From: an uncultured Poribacteria bacterium
GTDB taxonomy: Bacteria > Poribacteria > WGA-4E > WGA-3G
Length of the DNA: 64,000 bases
Direction of reading: 5' to 3'
Assembly: GCA_951813565.1 (NCBI GenBank)
Contig: OX638351.1
Span: 4,736,001-4,800,000, forward strand
Part shown: positions 1 through 9,505 of the stretch, one piece after another
How the letters are laid out: each line of letters begins with the position of its first letter
Numbering within the stretch: the stretch's first letter is position 1
The notes under the pieces: generated by a model
Told to the model about the DNA's origin: nothing
Seen by the model: the letters and a program-made list of their open reading frames with translations, nothing else
Databases searched by the model: none
Made by a program: the position numbers and the translations under genes

Positions 1-24
1 CCATTAAAACTTGCGTTAAAGCAG

Positions 25-867
25 ATGGTCAGGCGTTCCGATTTACAACAGAACCTTAATGCGTTTGAAGTTGGTAGATACCTTGCAGTAAATGAAAATG
101 TTGATAGTACTCTAATTCAACATATATCCGATGTTTCTAAACAGACTTATACTGAGACATTAGCGGAGAAAAGAGGTATTCTAACAGAGAAATTCCGTGG
201 TAAACGTCTTGCAGATTCATACCTCGGTTTAGTTGAAAGTATCGTCGAAAAAGTTCGTTTAGATGAGTCAACACATCGTAGTCTTGCACTCTATATCTAT
301 GATTTGATTCAGTTTGAAAATATAAATTATGCGCGGTTATATATTGAAAAAATAGAACAACTCTACGATAAAGACTTTGGCGACTACCGTGCCACAAAAT
401 CTGCTATTAAATACTTACACAAAGTGATGCTGATTAAAGACGAAGTATATGTTTCACACTTGTTGACAAGTAAAGAAAAATTCGCTCACGATAAGGTCCG
501 TTATAATGTTGATGAGAAGAACGGTGATAAAATACGTTATCTTCATCTCAACCGCCCGCATTTCACTGTGATGGGTATTGACATTGAACATGATATTGAT
601 ACTCGAAACTGGATGTTGCACTTGATGAAACGAATGAAGTTTCTAAGACGGTGGTTATCGCAGTGGCACGCAAAAGAGAAGGAATTTCGAGATTGGTATA
701 TCCAAGAAGTTATTGATACATTTTCACCAACTGATGAGAACTATGCTAAATATGTAGAAGCATTAGAATGCCCTGAAACCGTTCGGGGTTATAGGGAAAT
801 TCGTTATCCGACGATGGAAGCGGCGAAACAGAAGGTTGAAAAACTACTTGGACCAGAGGCATCGTAA
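25..867 (+). CDS. C-terminal part of an indolepyruvate:ferredoxin oxidoreductase-related protein (DUF6537-like); probably begins before the window
   Basis: Motifs KVMLIKDEVYVSHLL and PETVRGYREIR resemble the KDEYEVARL and P..IRGYG.VK motifs of this family; the frame is open to the window edge. Confidence 0.6.
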   Translation: MVRRSDLQQNLNAFEVGRYLAVNENVDSTLIQHISDVSKQTYTETLAEKRGILTEKFRGKRLADSYLGLVESIVEKVRLDESTHRSLALYIYDLIQFENINYARLYIEKIEQLYDKDFGDYRATKSAIKYLHKVMLIKDEVYVSHLLTSKEKFAHDKVRYNVDEKNGDKIRYLHLNRPHFTVMGIDIEHDIDTRNWMLHLMKRMKFLRRWLSQWHAKEKEFRDWYIQEVIDTFSPTDENYAKYVEALECPETVRGYREIRYPTMEAAKQKVEKLLGPEAS

Positions 868-895
868 CATGTAGCATCTGTTTTCTGTATAATCG

Positions 896-1103
896 CCTAT
901 AGGCGTCAATTTAAGGATAGATTTTCTTGTAGGAGTGAATCAACGCAGCATGCGCGTGTGACATGCTGCGGGTTTGTAACCCCGATTTAATTAGTTTAGG
1001 TTCACAAAATCGGGGTTATAAACCCCTCCCACAAGAGAATGGTCCGAGGCGCAATGAATTGCGCGACTACAAACGCGTTATTTCTTAAATTGACAGTTAT
1101 GGG
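896..1103. mobile_element. MITE, family C (ends CATAGGYGTCAA(T/C)TTAAG...CTTAARTT(G/T)ACA..TATGGG)
   Basis: Imperfect terminal inverted repeats; related copies at 38941-39177 and 58722-59020; interior contains REP hairpins. Confidence 0.7.
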
Positions 1104-1166
1104 TAAAGCGATGCGATACCCGACCTATGACTTAACTCTTGGTAAGAAAGTTAACATAATAGTTAG

Positions 1167-2045
1167 ATGGACAAGCTGCACACAATCACTGGTCATACAA
1201 AAATTGTTGGTGTAATAGGCGCACCGGTTGAACATAGTCGTTCCCCTCAGATGCATAACGCTGCCCTTGCTAAAGCGGGACTTGATTACATCTATGTTCC
1301 GTTTCATGTGCCTACTGACGCAGTAGCTGAGGCAATGGGCGGATTTAAGGCACTCAGCGTGGTCGGAATCAATGTCACACTTCCACATAAACAAGCGGTG
1401 ATTCCGTTTCTTACATCTATCTCGCGGGAAGCGGAACTCATTGGTGCTGTAAATACGCTTACTTTTACTGATGGAGAGATACACGGTGAGAATACAGACG
1501 CTCCGGGGTTCTTAAGAGCGTTGGAGGAAGCAGGCGCATCAGTACCTGTCGGAAAAGATGTTGTTGTGATCGGTGCAGGTGGATCAGCCCGGGCAGTTGT
1601 GGTCGCTTTGGCACTCGCAAATGCACGTTCTATCGTCATTGCCAACCGAACAGTATCAAAGGCAGTTGCTTTAGCAGAGGAACTTTCTGAAAAGATTAAT
1701 GTGCAGGAAGAAACAGGACATAAAACCATATTCAAAGGCATAGGGCTGCAGGATTCACGACTGCCGGATGCAGTGAGTGGTTGTGCATTATTGGTCAATA
1801 CCGCTTCATCAAGTATGGACACAACACACCCGCTTTTGATCAACCCGAATTGGCTCCAACCGAGCATAACTGTCTACGATATTGTATACACTCCGCCAAT
1901 GACAACGTTATTAACAGCAGCGGATGAGAAGGGATGTACAATAGTTGGTGGAATTGGTATGTTGGTACATCAGGGCGCAATCGCTTTTGAACGGTGGACA
2001 GGTGTTGAACCGTGTGTAAACACAATGCGAGAAGCCCTATCATAA
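1167..2045 (+). CDS. aroE: Shikimate dehydrogenase
   Basis: HSRSPQMHN, NVTLPHK, GAVNT, NTD, GAGGSA, YDIVY, MLVHQG motifs. Confidence 0.95.
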   Translation: MDKLHTITGHTKIVGVIGAPVEHSRSPQMHNAALAKAGLDYIYVPFHVPTDAVAEAMGGFKALSVVGINVTLPHKQAVIPFLTSISREAELIGAVNTLTFTDGEIHGENTDAPGFLRALEEAGASVPVGKDVVVIGAGGSARAVVVALALANARSIVIANRTVSKAVALAEELSEKINVQEETGHKTIFKGIGLQDSRLPDAVSGCALLVNTASSSMDTTHPLLINPNWLQPSITVYDIVYTPPMTTLLTAADEKGCTIVGGIGMLVHQGAIAFERWTGVEPCVNTMREALS

Positions 2046-2141
2046 GGAAAAAGATAAGATTTAGCCCATTTCTCTTTTTTCACCAAAGTTATTTTGTAAT
2101 CCCGACGCAACGTCATTAATTTTGAACTCTTTCTGAAAGGA

Positions 2142-2213
2142 ACAGATATGCAAGACGAACAGCGGACAGATATACAAGACGAAGAGCAGACAGATATACA
2201 AGACGAACAAGGC
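2142..2213 (+). repeat. 3 x 24-bp tandem repeat (TD(I/M)QDE(Q/E)x)
   Basis: acagatatgcaagacgaacagcgg / acagatatacaagacgaagagcag / acagatatacaagacgaacaaggc. Confidence 0.9.
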
Positions 2214-2507
2214 ACAGAGGAAAGAAAAATAATCCCTCCAGAAAATAAAGCTATCCGATTTGTTATTTTGGGTATCCCTTATTCTATTAAGCCGACAGAT
2301 GAATTAACCGGTGAGGACATCGACGTTTTGGTTAGTTATGTTAAGCAGCGGATAGAACGTTATATGCAAAAAGGTTACGATCAGACACGAATTCCGATTC
2401 TTGTAGCTTTTGATATAGCGAATGAGTTGCGGGAGTTGCAGAAGTTCTACGAATTACCGATTAACCGTGCTATTGACAAACTTAAGTTTGTCTTGGAACC
2501 GGAGTAG
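2148..2507 (+). CDS. zapA: Cell division protein ZapA-like, with a repeated acidic N-terminus
   Basis: 119 aa; I(L)G..Y.I, YV..RI, ILVAFDIANEL pattern typical of ZapA. Confidence 0.65.
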   Translation: MQDEQRTDIQDEEQTDIQDEQGTEERKIIPPENKAIRFVILGIPYSIKPTDELTGEDIDVLVSYVKQRIERYMQKGYDQTRIPILVAFDIANELRELQKFYELPINRAIDKLKFVLEPE

Positions 2508-2852
2508 ATTTATTTTTTACAAAAACATTAGCAGGACGGCTGCACAAAATATCGGGAATAAAATGATGTAATATATTTGCTTCAACCAAGGTAGTTTTGG
2601 TGCTGTTTAATCCATACATTCCCTCATGAATTGACTCACAAATTCAACGCGCTGATGAATAGAAAGGAGTGTGTTGAAAAGTTCAAATAATTTCCGAACA
2701 GTAGCGGAATGTTGTTGAATAACGCCAATCCTCCAGTGCTGATATAAACGTTTCCTGTTTGTTGGTCAAGGAAACAGCATAAGGTTGGTTTGGTGTTCAA
2801 ACCGTCGAGATACATAACGAAACTCAAAAATTAGATAAAGAAGAAAGAATAA

Positions 2853-2982
2853 TACCAATTCTAAAATACAATGTCCCATTTAACATACTGCAATTTAATG
2901 GAATATCTATGTAAGAGGCGCAATAAATTGCGCGACTACGAACAGATAATTTGAAAATGAGAAGTTATTTTTAGAAATGGTA
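2853..2982. mobile_element. MITE, family B (TACCAA...TGGTA) with TAA target duplication
   Basis: TIR taccaattctaaaa / tttagaaatggta, TAA on both sides; same ends as 58559-59200. Confidence 0.8.
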
Positions 2983-3223
2983 TAACATTGAACCGATTGA
3001 AGAAAGAATCGGAAAATTTTCATCTTTCGTAGCACGTGAAACCCAGATCTTAGATTTGGGATATAAGTGTTTTTCCCTACTTTAGCCCCGCATCGTCCTA
3101 TCGAAAACTATCGTATATCAATTTTTATTGAATTAAACGCGAAATTGTGGTAAACTATTATGACACATATAATGTGGAATCAATATTTACTCAGTTTACG
3201 CATCAATTTTTGGGAGGAATTCC

Positions 3224-4099
3224 ATGAAAACCAGAGGAACACTTTTTGTTGCTGCTCTTTTGGTCATAAGTATTGCCGTTATTGGTTGCGGCAAGTTAGA
3301 CCAAGAAGAGTTTGAAATGTGGAAAAACGAACATGTCACGCAGGTCGACCAATCTACTACAGAAATAAAAGCACAGGTTACGAAACTTGAAGGTAAGGTT
3401 GACCAAAATAATAAGGATACAATGGAGGCAATCTCTAAGGCAAAGGACGAAGCTATTGCCGTTTCACAGCAAGGGGATGCTGACACTATCGCTGTTGGAG
3501 AGCAAAAAGCCAAAGAAAATGACGCTAAACTTCGTGCAGCCTTGTCAAAAGATATTGAGATGCAAGGTAAAAAATCGATGGATTTTGCCAAAGCTGAAGA
3601 TGCTAAGGTCCAAAAACGAGTTATGGATCTTGCCAATAGTCTGAATGCACAGGGCATGGATTTGAAGAAAGTCATGTCTCAAATTGCTGCTATGTTAGAA
3701 GATATTGCCGAGCTTAAAGCGGATGCAGCATCAAAACCGACGCTTTTAGTTACCGTCAATTTCGGCAGTGGACAGACAGGTTTGTCCAGCAAGGCGAAAG
3801 AGATGCTTGATGGCATCGTTGGTCAGATTATGGAAAACCCGGAAGCTGAAATACTTGTCTCGGGACATGCAGATGGCACACCGGTATTACGGGGCGGTCA
3901 TCGAAGCAATTGGGATCTGTCTCAAGCGCGAGCAAATTCTGTCGTTAAGTATCTAAAAGGCAAAGGCATTGACGCTGCAAGGATCAAGTCTGTTGGAAAA
4001 GCACATACTGATCCGGTAGCGCCGCAGAACACCTCTGCTGGTAGAGCGATGAATCGGCGGGTAGAAGTAATTCTTAACCCTTCTGGCTCTATGATGTAA
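3224..4099 (+). CDS. OmpA/MotB-domain lipoprotein with coiled-coil stalk
   Basis: Lipobox (IGC), GHAD, NWDLSQARA and NRRVE peptidoglycan-binding motifs. Confidence 0.9.
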   Translation: MKTRGTLFVAALLVISIAVIGCGKLDQEEFEMWKNEHVTQVDQSTTEIKAQVTKLEGKVDQNNKDTMEAISKAKDEAIAVSQQGDADTIAVGEQKAKENDAKLRAALSKDIEMQGKKSMDFAKAEDAKVQKRVMDLANSLNAQGMDLKKVMSQIAAMLEDIAELKADAASKPTLLVTVNFGSGQTGLSSKAKEMLDGIVGQIMENPEAEILVSGHADGTPVLRGGHRSNWDLSQARANSVVKYLKGKGIDAARIKSVGKAHTDPVAPQNTSAGRAMNRRVEVILNPSGSMM

Positions 4100-4144
4100 T
4101 TTTTTATTCTTCGTATTCGCCCTCGATTTTCCATCCAGTGTCGT

Positions 4145-4181
4145 TAGGATGTCCTAATTTTGGGCATCCTACTCTTTTTTT
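4145..4181 (+). terminator. Intrinsic terminator
   Basis: taggatgtcc-taatttt-gggcatccta followed by a T-run. Confidence 0.7.
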
Positions 4182-4269
4182 ACGCTTTTGTACTTGTTTG
4201 TCTATGTTTATCTATTTTGCTGAAAATTTAGATATTACCTCACCTTTTATAGCGTGGATGTCTTGAATA

Positions 4270-4986
4270 ATGCGTTATCTCGCCATAATCCTATTTTCCG
4301 TTTTCATTATCTCAGGCATTTCACCTGCTGAGCCTTCCGTTGAGCAGGCATCACGACCACCTTCTATTTTAAACAGTTTTTTCAAACAACACCTACAAAC
4401 TTCATCACTGCAGTTTTCCGTCTTTTCTTACAAACCAGAATTAGGCGACCTGACTAATATTCTACAAAGTGTTGGAATACCCAAAACTCCGGTTGCTATG
4501 ATGCCGACACTTTCAATTGTTCTACAGCACATGCCTGAATTGGACTCTCGGTTGGAAATTGGCTATTGGCGAACGCAACTTGACACTCCACCGCCTACTG
4601 CAACGTCCCTCACAGCCACGCTTATGCCTATCTCCTATCAGTTAATCTATCGTCCGGTACTTTTATACCGATATCTCCCAATTTATTTTGGTGGCGGTAT
4701 CGGTTTTTTGAGGGCCAATTTTGATGGTAACATAGTTGATGTGCTTGCAGAACAAGGCATCTCACTTAATAATAGTGCTTCGGCGACAACAGGTTACGTT
4801 ATTGCCGGTATTGAGTTGTTTCAATGGGAGTCGCAACCCGGCGCTCGTGCATCTATAGGAAATAACGCATCAATCAATTTTGAGTTAAAACGAATCCTCA
4901 AAACCATTGAAACTACCGGCGATCAACCGTTTAATATTATTTTAGACGGAACTGCGATTGGAGTCGGAGTTAGAACGCAGTTTTAA
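4270..4986 (+). CDS. Secreted outer-membrane beta-barrel-like protein
   Basis: Signal peptide, P.YFGGGIG motif, alternating C-terminal strand ending in Phe. Confidence 0.6.
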   Translation: MRYLAIILFSVFIISGISPAEPSVEQASRPPSILNSFFKQHLQTSSLQFSVFSYKPELGDLTNILQSVGIPKTPVAMMPTLSIVLQHMPELDSRLEIGYWRTQLDTPPPTATSLTATLMPISYQLIYRPVLLYRYLPIYFGGGIGFLRANFDGNIVDVLAEQGISLNNSASATTGYVIAGIELFQWESQPGARASIGNNASINFELKRILKTIETTGDQPFNIILDGTAIGVGVRTQF

Positions 4987-4989
4987 TCG

Positions 4990-6393
4990 TTGTTTCGGAT
5001 GTTCCTGAAACCAGCAAAACACATCCTTCCGTTTCTAATCTGCATCGTGTTCGGGGTGATCCTCGGACGCCATTCAGAAACACCGCTTGCTGTTCTCTGC
5101 CTATTAGTTGCAACAGGATTATTTGTATTCTTCGGAATGGAATTAGCGGTGTATGTCCTGTTAATCTGCTTGCCTTTTTCCTTCCGTTATATTATTCCGC
5201 AACTCCTTGAAATTCAGACTCCAACCGAACCGCTGTTAGGCATGCTCAGTGCCGTTTATTTGTTAAAAAAGATTGTGGATTACGCGCTGGGAAAGCGGCA
5301 GCGCACTCCTACCTTCCCATTTCTACTACCACTCTGTTCTTTTATATTCGTTACGTTCCTATCCGCGATCAATACCCCTGACCTATTTGGCACTCTAAAA
5401 GGTGCTTTTCGTGCTTCTACCTACATAATGTTCAGTTTGGTTGTGTATGATATAATCCAACATCGTCAGCGTTTGAATCGGTTATTTATAGCCTCCTTTC
5501 CGAGTGCAGCAATTGCTGTTATCTGGACGGTTATTGTGCTTCTGTATAATATTGATCAATGGCAGTGGACAAGTGCTTATCAGAGTTCCCCATTCACAAA
5601 TTACTCAGTCTACGGTTCATTCACGGCGATCTTTTTCTTAATCTGTCTGAGTCGCTTGTTATTTGATAACCAACAATATGACCGTGTCATGTGGGTAGGG
5701 TGGTTTGTCTGTTTCGGATTGGGTCTAATTATGTGTTTTTCGAGGGGGGTATGGCTCTCTGTTATCGTTGCAGTTGGATTTATGTTAATACAATTGGGCA
5801 GAGGTGTTACGCACAAAAAGATTCTGTTTATTGGCGCTGCATGTCTTGTTTTATTAGTATGTTTAAGTCTGCCGGGGGTTTATAACTCGGTTATGGAACG
5901 AGTCTCATCAACAGTAGATTTAGACTATGCCTCCAACCGAGCACGTCTCTTGCGATGGGGACAAGCCATTACAATGTTCCTTGATAGCCCTATTTTGGGA
6001 AAAGGGTACGGCGCATTTGCCATGCTTTACGAGGAAGATGTTGCGCTTGTGGGTAGTTATGTAGCACAGTTTCAGTTGGGAGCACACAGTGAATACCTTC
6101 AGGTAATGGCAGAATTAGGAATTGTCGGTTTAGGTGTGTGGATATGGCTGAATTTTGCTTTCTTACGCTACGGCTTCCGTGCCCTTACACGAATTGAGGA
6201 TGGTTTTTACCGATCTGTTGTCATTGGATTGATGGCAGCTGAAATTTCGTTGATGGTGCATTTCATAGTAAATAACCTGCTGAACGGTGATGCTATCGGG
6301 GTGCCATTTTGGGGCATTTACGGTTTGTTGCCGGCTGTTGTGCAAATAGCGGAACGGGTAAAGGAAAGTACACTACGAGAAAACGAAAATTGA
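4990..6393 (+). CDS. O-antigen ligase/polymerase (Wzy_C) family membrane protein
   Basis: Many TM segments, FSRG, R...W, P..G.GYG.F, AHSEYLQ..AE.G..G. Confidence 0.9.
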   Translation: MFRMFLKPAKHILPFLICIVFGVILGRHSETPLAVLCLLVATGLFVFFGMELAVYVLLICLPFSFRYIIPQLLEIQTPTEPLLGMLSAVYLLKKIVDYALGKRQRTPTFPFLLPLCSFIFVTFLSAINTPDLFGTLKGAFRASTYIMFSLVVYDIIQHRQRLNRLFIASFPSAAIAVIWTVIVLLYNIDQWQWTSAYQSSPFTNYSVYGSFTAIFFLICLSRLLFDNQQYDRVMWVGWFVCFGLGLIMCFSRGVWLSVIVAVGFMLIQLGRGVTHKKILFIGAACLVLLVCLSLPGVYNSVMERVSSTVDLDYASNRARLLRWGQAITMFLDSPILGKGYGAFAMLYEEDVALVGSYVAQFQLGAHSEYLQVMAELGIVGLGVWIWLNFAFLRYGFRALTRIEDGFYRSVVIGLMAAEISLMVHFIVNNLLNGDAIGVPFWGIYGLLPAVVQIAERVKESTLRENEN

Positions 6394-6431
6394 GTATAAT
6401 CTATGAAGTCATATTGAGTAAAACCTATAAA

Positions 6432-7386
6432 TATAGTAAAATAAAGGTATATAAGTTAATAATGTAAGTCCTATTTTTTTGAGAGGTTCTCTTATGGCTG
6501 ACACAACTGAAAAACAACTGAATTCCAATTGTCTTCCGAAACAGGTTTCGCTTAGGGATTTTAACCGGTATATTAAACCCTTTTTGTCTAAAAGGCATAA
6601 AGGACCGAAACCTAAAATATCTTCGTATAAGATATTTAATTATATCCTTTATGTTTTGCATACTGGCATTCAATGGGAGCGGCTCCGCACCCGGCGGAAT
6701 GAACTCCATTGGTCTAATGTCTATAAATGGCATAATAGATGGTCAAAAGATGGTTCTTATCAAAAACTTTTTGAAGCATCAGTGATACATCTGCTTGATA
6801 CCGATCAACTTGACACCTCTCAACTTCATGGAGATGGGTCAAATACCGTCGTAAAAAAAGGGGCGATGGCATCGGTTATTCGGGACACAAACATCAGAAA
6901 GGTGAAAAAGAGTTGACCATCACCGACAATCACGGGTTCATCGTTAGTCCGATAACCACCAAACCGGTTAACCAACATGAGACAACGATTTTGCCCGAGG
7001 CATTGACTGAATTCATCTCCTTCAGCAATCGCATTGGACTGGAACTTGAGAGTTCCGCTCTAACGCTGGATTCTGGTTTTGATTCCAAGGTGAATCACAA
7101 GATTATCAAAGAACAAGGTCTGATCCCAGTGATCTATCCGAACAAACGGAATACTAAAGAACCTATCGTTATTGCTCGCAAGTTCCGTTGGTTTAAGAAA
7201 GATATCTACAAAGAGAGATTTAAAGTAGAACGCACATTCGGTTGGCAAGGGACTTATCGGAAACTCGCCCTTAGCTACGATAAACTTAAAGAAACCCGTT
7301 TAGGTTTTCGCTATTTAGCATATTCAATGATAAACTTTCGAGTGACTTTCAACGATTCTTAGCGCGTACTCGCTATGAGTTCTATA
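6432..7386 (+). mobile_element. IS5-family insertion sequence (two-ORF, IS427-like organisation)
   Basis: Transposase ORFs flanked by TATAG(T/A)A ends; boundaries approximate. Confidence 0.8.
6494..7362 (+). CDS. IS5-family DDE transposase, orfA+orfB joined by a -1 frameshift at A7G4 (6853-6863)
   Basis: orfA ILYVLHTGIQW...WSKDG...DGS; after -1 shift reads KKGGDGIGYSGHK..; orfB LDSGFD, RFKVERTFGW...RKL...YDK. Confidence 0.85.
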
Positions 7387-7542
7387 GTAAAACCTATAAT
7401 TAATGGGATACTTCTGTAGCGCAAACTTTTAGTTTGCGTCTCATAAGGCACAAACTAAAAGTTTGTGCTACAGCTTCTATTGTCCATTATCTTTCCAAGA
7501 TAAGTTTATCAAAGTGTCCCAATAATTTCAAAGTTCACTATA
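7383..7542. mobile_element. MITE, family A (TATAGTRAA...TT(C/T)ACTATA)
   Basis: ~29-bp imperfect TIR; near-identical copy at 34913-35351, which is interrupted by a second element. Confidence 0.8.
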
Positions 7543-7572
7543 AATGGGATTAGTAGTTTATGACTTGTTAAA

Positions 7573-7816
7573 CGCGTTGTGCCAGTTAACATTTGGTATA
7601 TTTATATTTCACATGTTCCTTTTGTTTGGGTTTGCATTCCGCAACTTTTCCGATAGCTGCTGTCCTCAAGGTAGGAGGGAACTCCGATTCCCGACTGCAA
7701 ACGTGTCGCGATTCGGAGATCGCTCCCGCCAAATGCCAAAAGCGTATTTGGCGTTGATTCCAAAATATGAACAATTGTGAAAAATAACAAAACTTTCACT
7801 TAACTGGCACAAGTCG
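7573..7816. mobile_element. MITE, family D, with 9-bp target duplication
   Basis: TIR ttgtgccagttaa / ttaactggcacaa; flanks cttgttaaa (7564-7572) and tttgttaaa (7817-7825). Confidence 0.75.
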
Positions 7817-7851
7817 TTTGTTAAATAAAAGTGCTGAAGTCAAATTTGTTT

Positions 7852-7965
7852 TATAGTAAAATCCACAATTACCTGGACATTGGCGAGGTTAGGATACCTC
7901 GCCAGCGCAAGCGTGTGGAGATTGTTGTTGATTGAAATGTGAACATATTTTCGGATTTTACAATA
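7852..7965. mobile_element. MITE, family A
   Basis: Near-identical to 30136-30249; lies between the arms of aaaagtgctgaagt / acttcagaactttt. Confidence 0.8.
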
Positions 7966-7997
7966 ACTTCAGAACTTTTTAGGTTTTGATACGGCAA

Positions 7998-8831
7998 TTA
8001 GTCGGTATTAATCGTTTCGTTTTTATTAACCTCGTTTTTATACGATGCCTCAATATCCCTGCTGACCTTTTCAAAATCTATGCTCGGATCTCTACGTGCC
8101 TCTTCCAGTATAAACTTTTCAAATTCAGCAGATCGTTTCGGGTCAAACTTTCTTAGGTTTCTGAATGCGTCCGCATGATTAGAATTACCCTCAAAAAATC
8201 TTTGCACATCTAAAAATCTTGAATCTTCCTGTGTAGGCTCATAATATCTTTGCAATGTTTCCAAATCATTATTCACAATTGCATTCAGAATTTCCATAGA
8301 CTTTTTAGTCGCGGGGTGAGGAAATATCGCATACACAGCTTTTGCGAACTCTGCCTTATACTCCACATTACCAGGATTTGAAACAACCTTTAACCACGTC
8401 TCCATATAGTTTTCAACTTCGGTTGTTTCTCCATATTGTTTCACCATTTCATTTCTAAGTGCATCATAAGACGCTGGGTCGGTTATATCCACCTGATTTG
8501 TCTCAATTTCATCTCCTGGCAGGTCATCTGTGAATTCAAAATCTTTCCGTGGATCGCTAAATTGTTTGGCTAATTCCTCAAGTGTGGGTTCTTTCAGCCA
8601 ATCTTGTTTTTCTGTATTCGATTTTTCTTGCGTAGTGTCAGCCAATTTTTCTTGTTGTGCAGTTTTATCGGGTAACTGATTATTGGGTTTATCGGTTTTC
8701 GCGGTTTCTTTTGAAACCTGTGCATTATCTGAAACAGTTTCAGGTTTAGGACTGGGTGACACAAGATAAATTATAAGACAAGCCGCAATAACAAGGCATA
8801 TCATACCTATCAGTAGTGTATTTCCTTTCAT
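7998..8831 (-). CDS. Hypothetical N-terminally membrane-anchored protein
   Basis: ATG at 8831 with upstream GGAG, single TM helix, low-complexity linker, helical C-terminal domain. Confidence 0.75.
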   Translation of the reverse strand: MKGNTLLIGMICLVIAACLIIYLVSPSPKPETVSDNAQVSKETAKTDKPNNQLPDKTAQQEKLADTTQEKSNTEKQDWLKEPTLEELAKQFSDPRKDFEFTDDLPGDEIETNQVDITDPASYDALRNEMVKQYGETTEVENYMETWLKVVSNPGNVEYKAEFAKAVYAIFPHPATKKSMEILNAIVNNDLETLQRYYEPTQEDSRFLDVQRFFEGNSNHADAFRNLRKFDPKRSAEFEKFILEEARRDPSIDFEKVSRDIEASYKNEVNKNETINTD

Positions 8832-8895
8832 TTTCTCAAATCTCCGTTTGTTTATGTGTCTGTTATTACACACCAGACGCATAAATTTGTTGCAT

Positions 8896-9184
8896 CTATT
8901 CAAAAGCTGGATTACATTGTGAGCAGCTTAAAACCCATTCATGCACAGGGTCATGATACACATATACCCATTTAGCACGGTGAGGGTGTTTACCGAACTT
9001 TCTGTGCCACCACCCTTCAACATCTGTTCTCCTAGAGATAGGCTCCAGTGTATGCATACGATATTAGTTTCAAGCTCACTGCATTTATACCAGCCCCAGT
9101 CTATTATAATCTTGGTAGGTCCCGCATCAGCATTATGCGCGATGAAAAAACAAAACCTACAGACACAAATAGAACTAATGCCAT
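8896..9184 (-). pseudogene. Frameshifted small secreted Cys/Trp/His-rich protein
   Basis: Joining frames gives MALVLFVSVGFVFFIAHNADA-GPTKIIIDWGWYKC...VCIHWS...GWWHRKFGKHPH...SCSQCNPAFE*; needs two frameshifts, one in a T-run. Confidence 0.45.
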
Positions 9185-9363
9185 AAATGCGATGGCAGAT
9201 TGATTTGACTTCCCTGCAACAACAAGTTAAGCTAATGAAATTCGTGAAACAAATTTATTCCCTCCTGCCTTGCCCAATGCGTAGGCAGGATAGGAATGCT
9301 GCGGTTACGACTTACACAAAATACTTGAAATGGACACTCCAAATTAGTGTAAATCGCTCCTTA

Positions 9364-9461
9364 TACCAAATTAACAAGATTTATCTTGTTTTATTGGAGT
9401 CAGGTGCGGTTAGGAAACCGCATCTACCAGGGAGTGTGCACATATTTTTGGATTTAACTAT
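9364..9461. mobile_element. Hybrid MITE remnant (family B left end, family A right end) with a REP hairpin
   Basis: taccaaattaac...ggtgcggttaggaaaccgcatctac...gatttaactataa. Confidence 0.5.
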
Positions 9462-9505
9462 AATTATACTTGCACGCTAATGTACTGAAGGGTTAGGTGG
9501 CAAAA

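Noticed and set aside
1304..1867. Long antisense or alternate-frame ORFs inside known genes (many across the window)
   Set aside because: Shadow frames of well-supported CDSs without independent signals
2508..3200. 6S RNA expected downstream of zapA
   Set aside because: Could not see the long closed hairpin by eye; needs a covariance-model search
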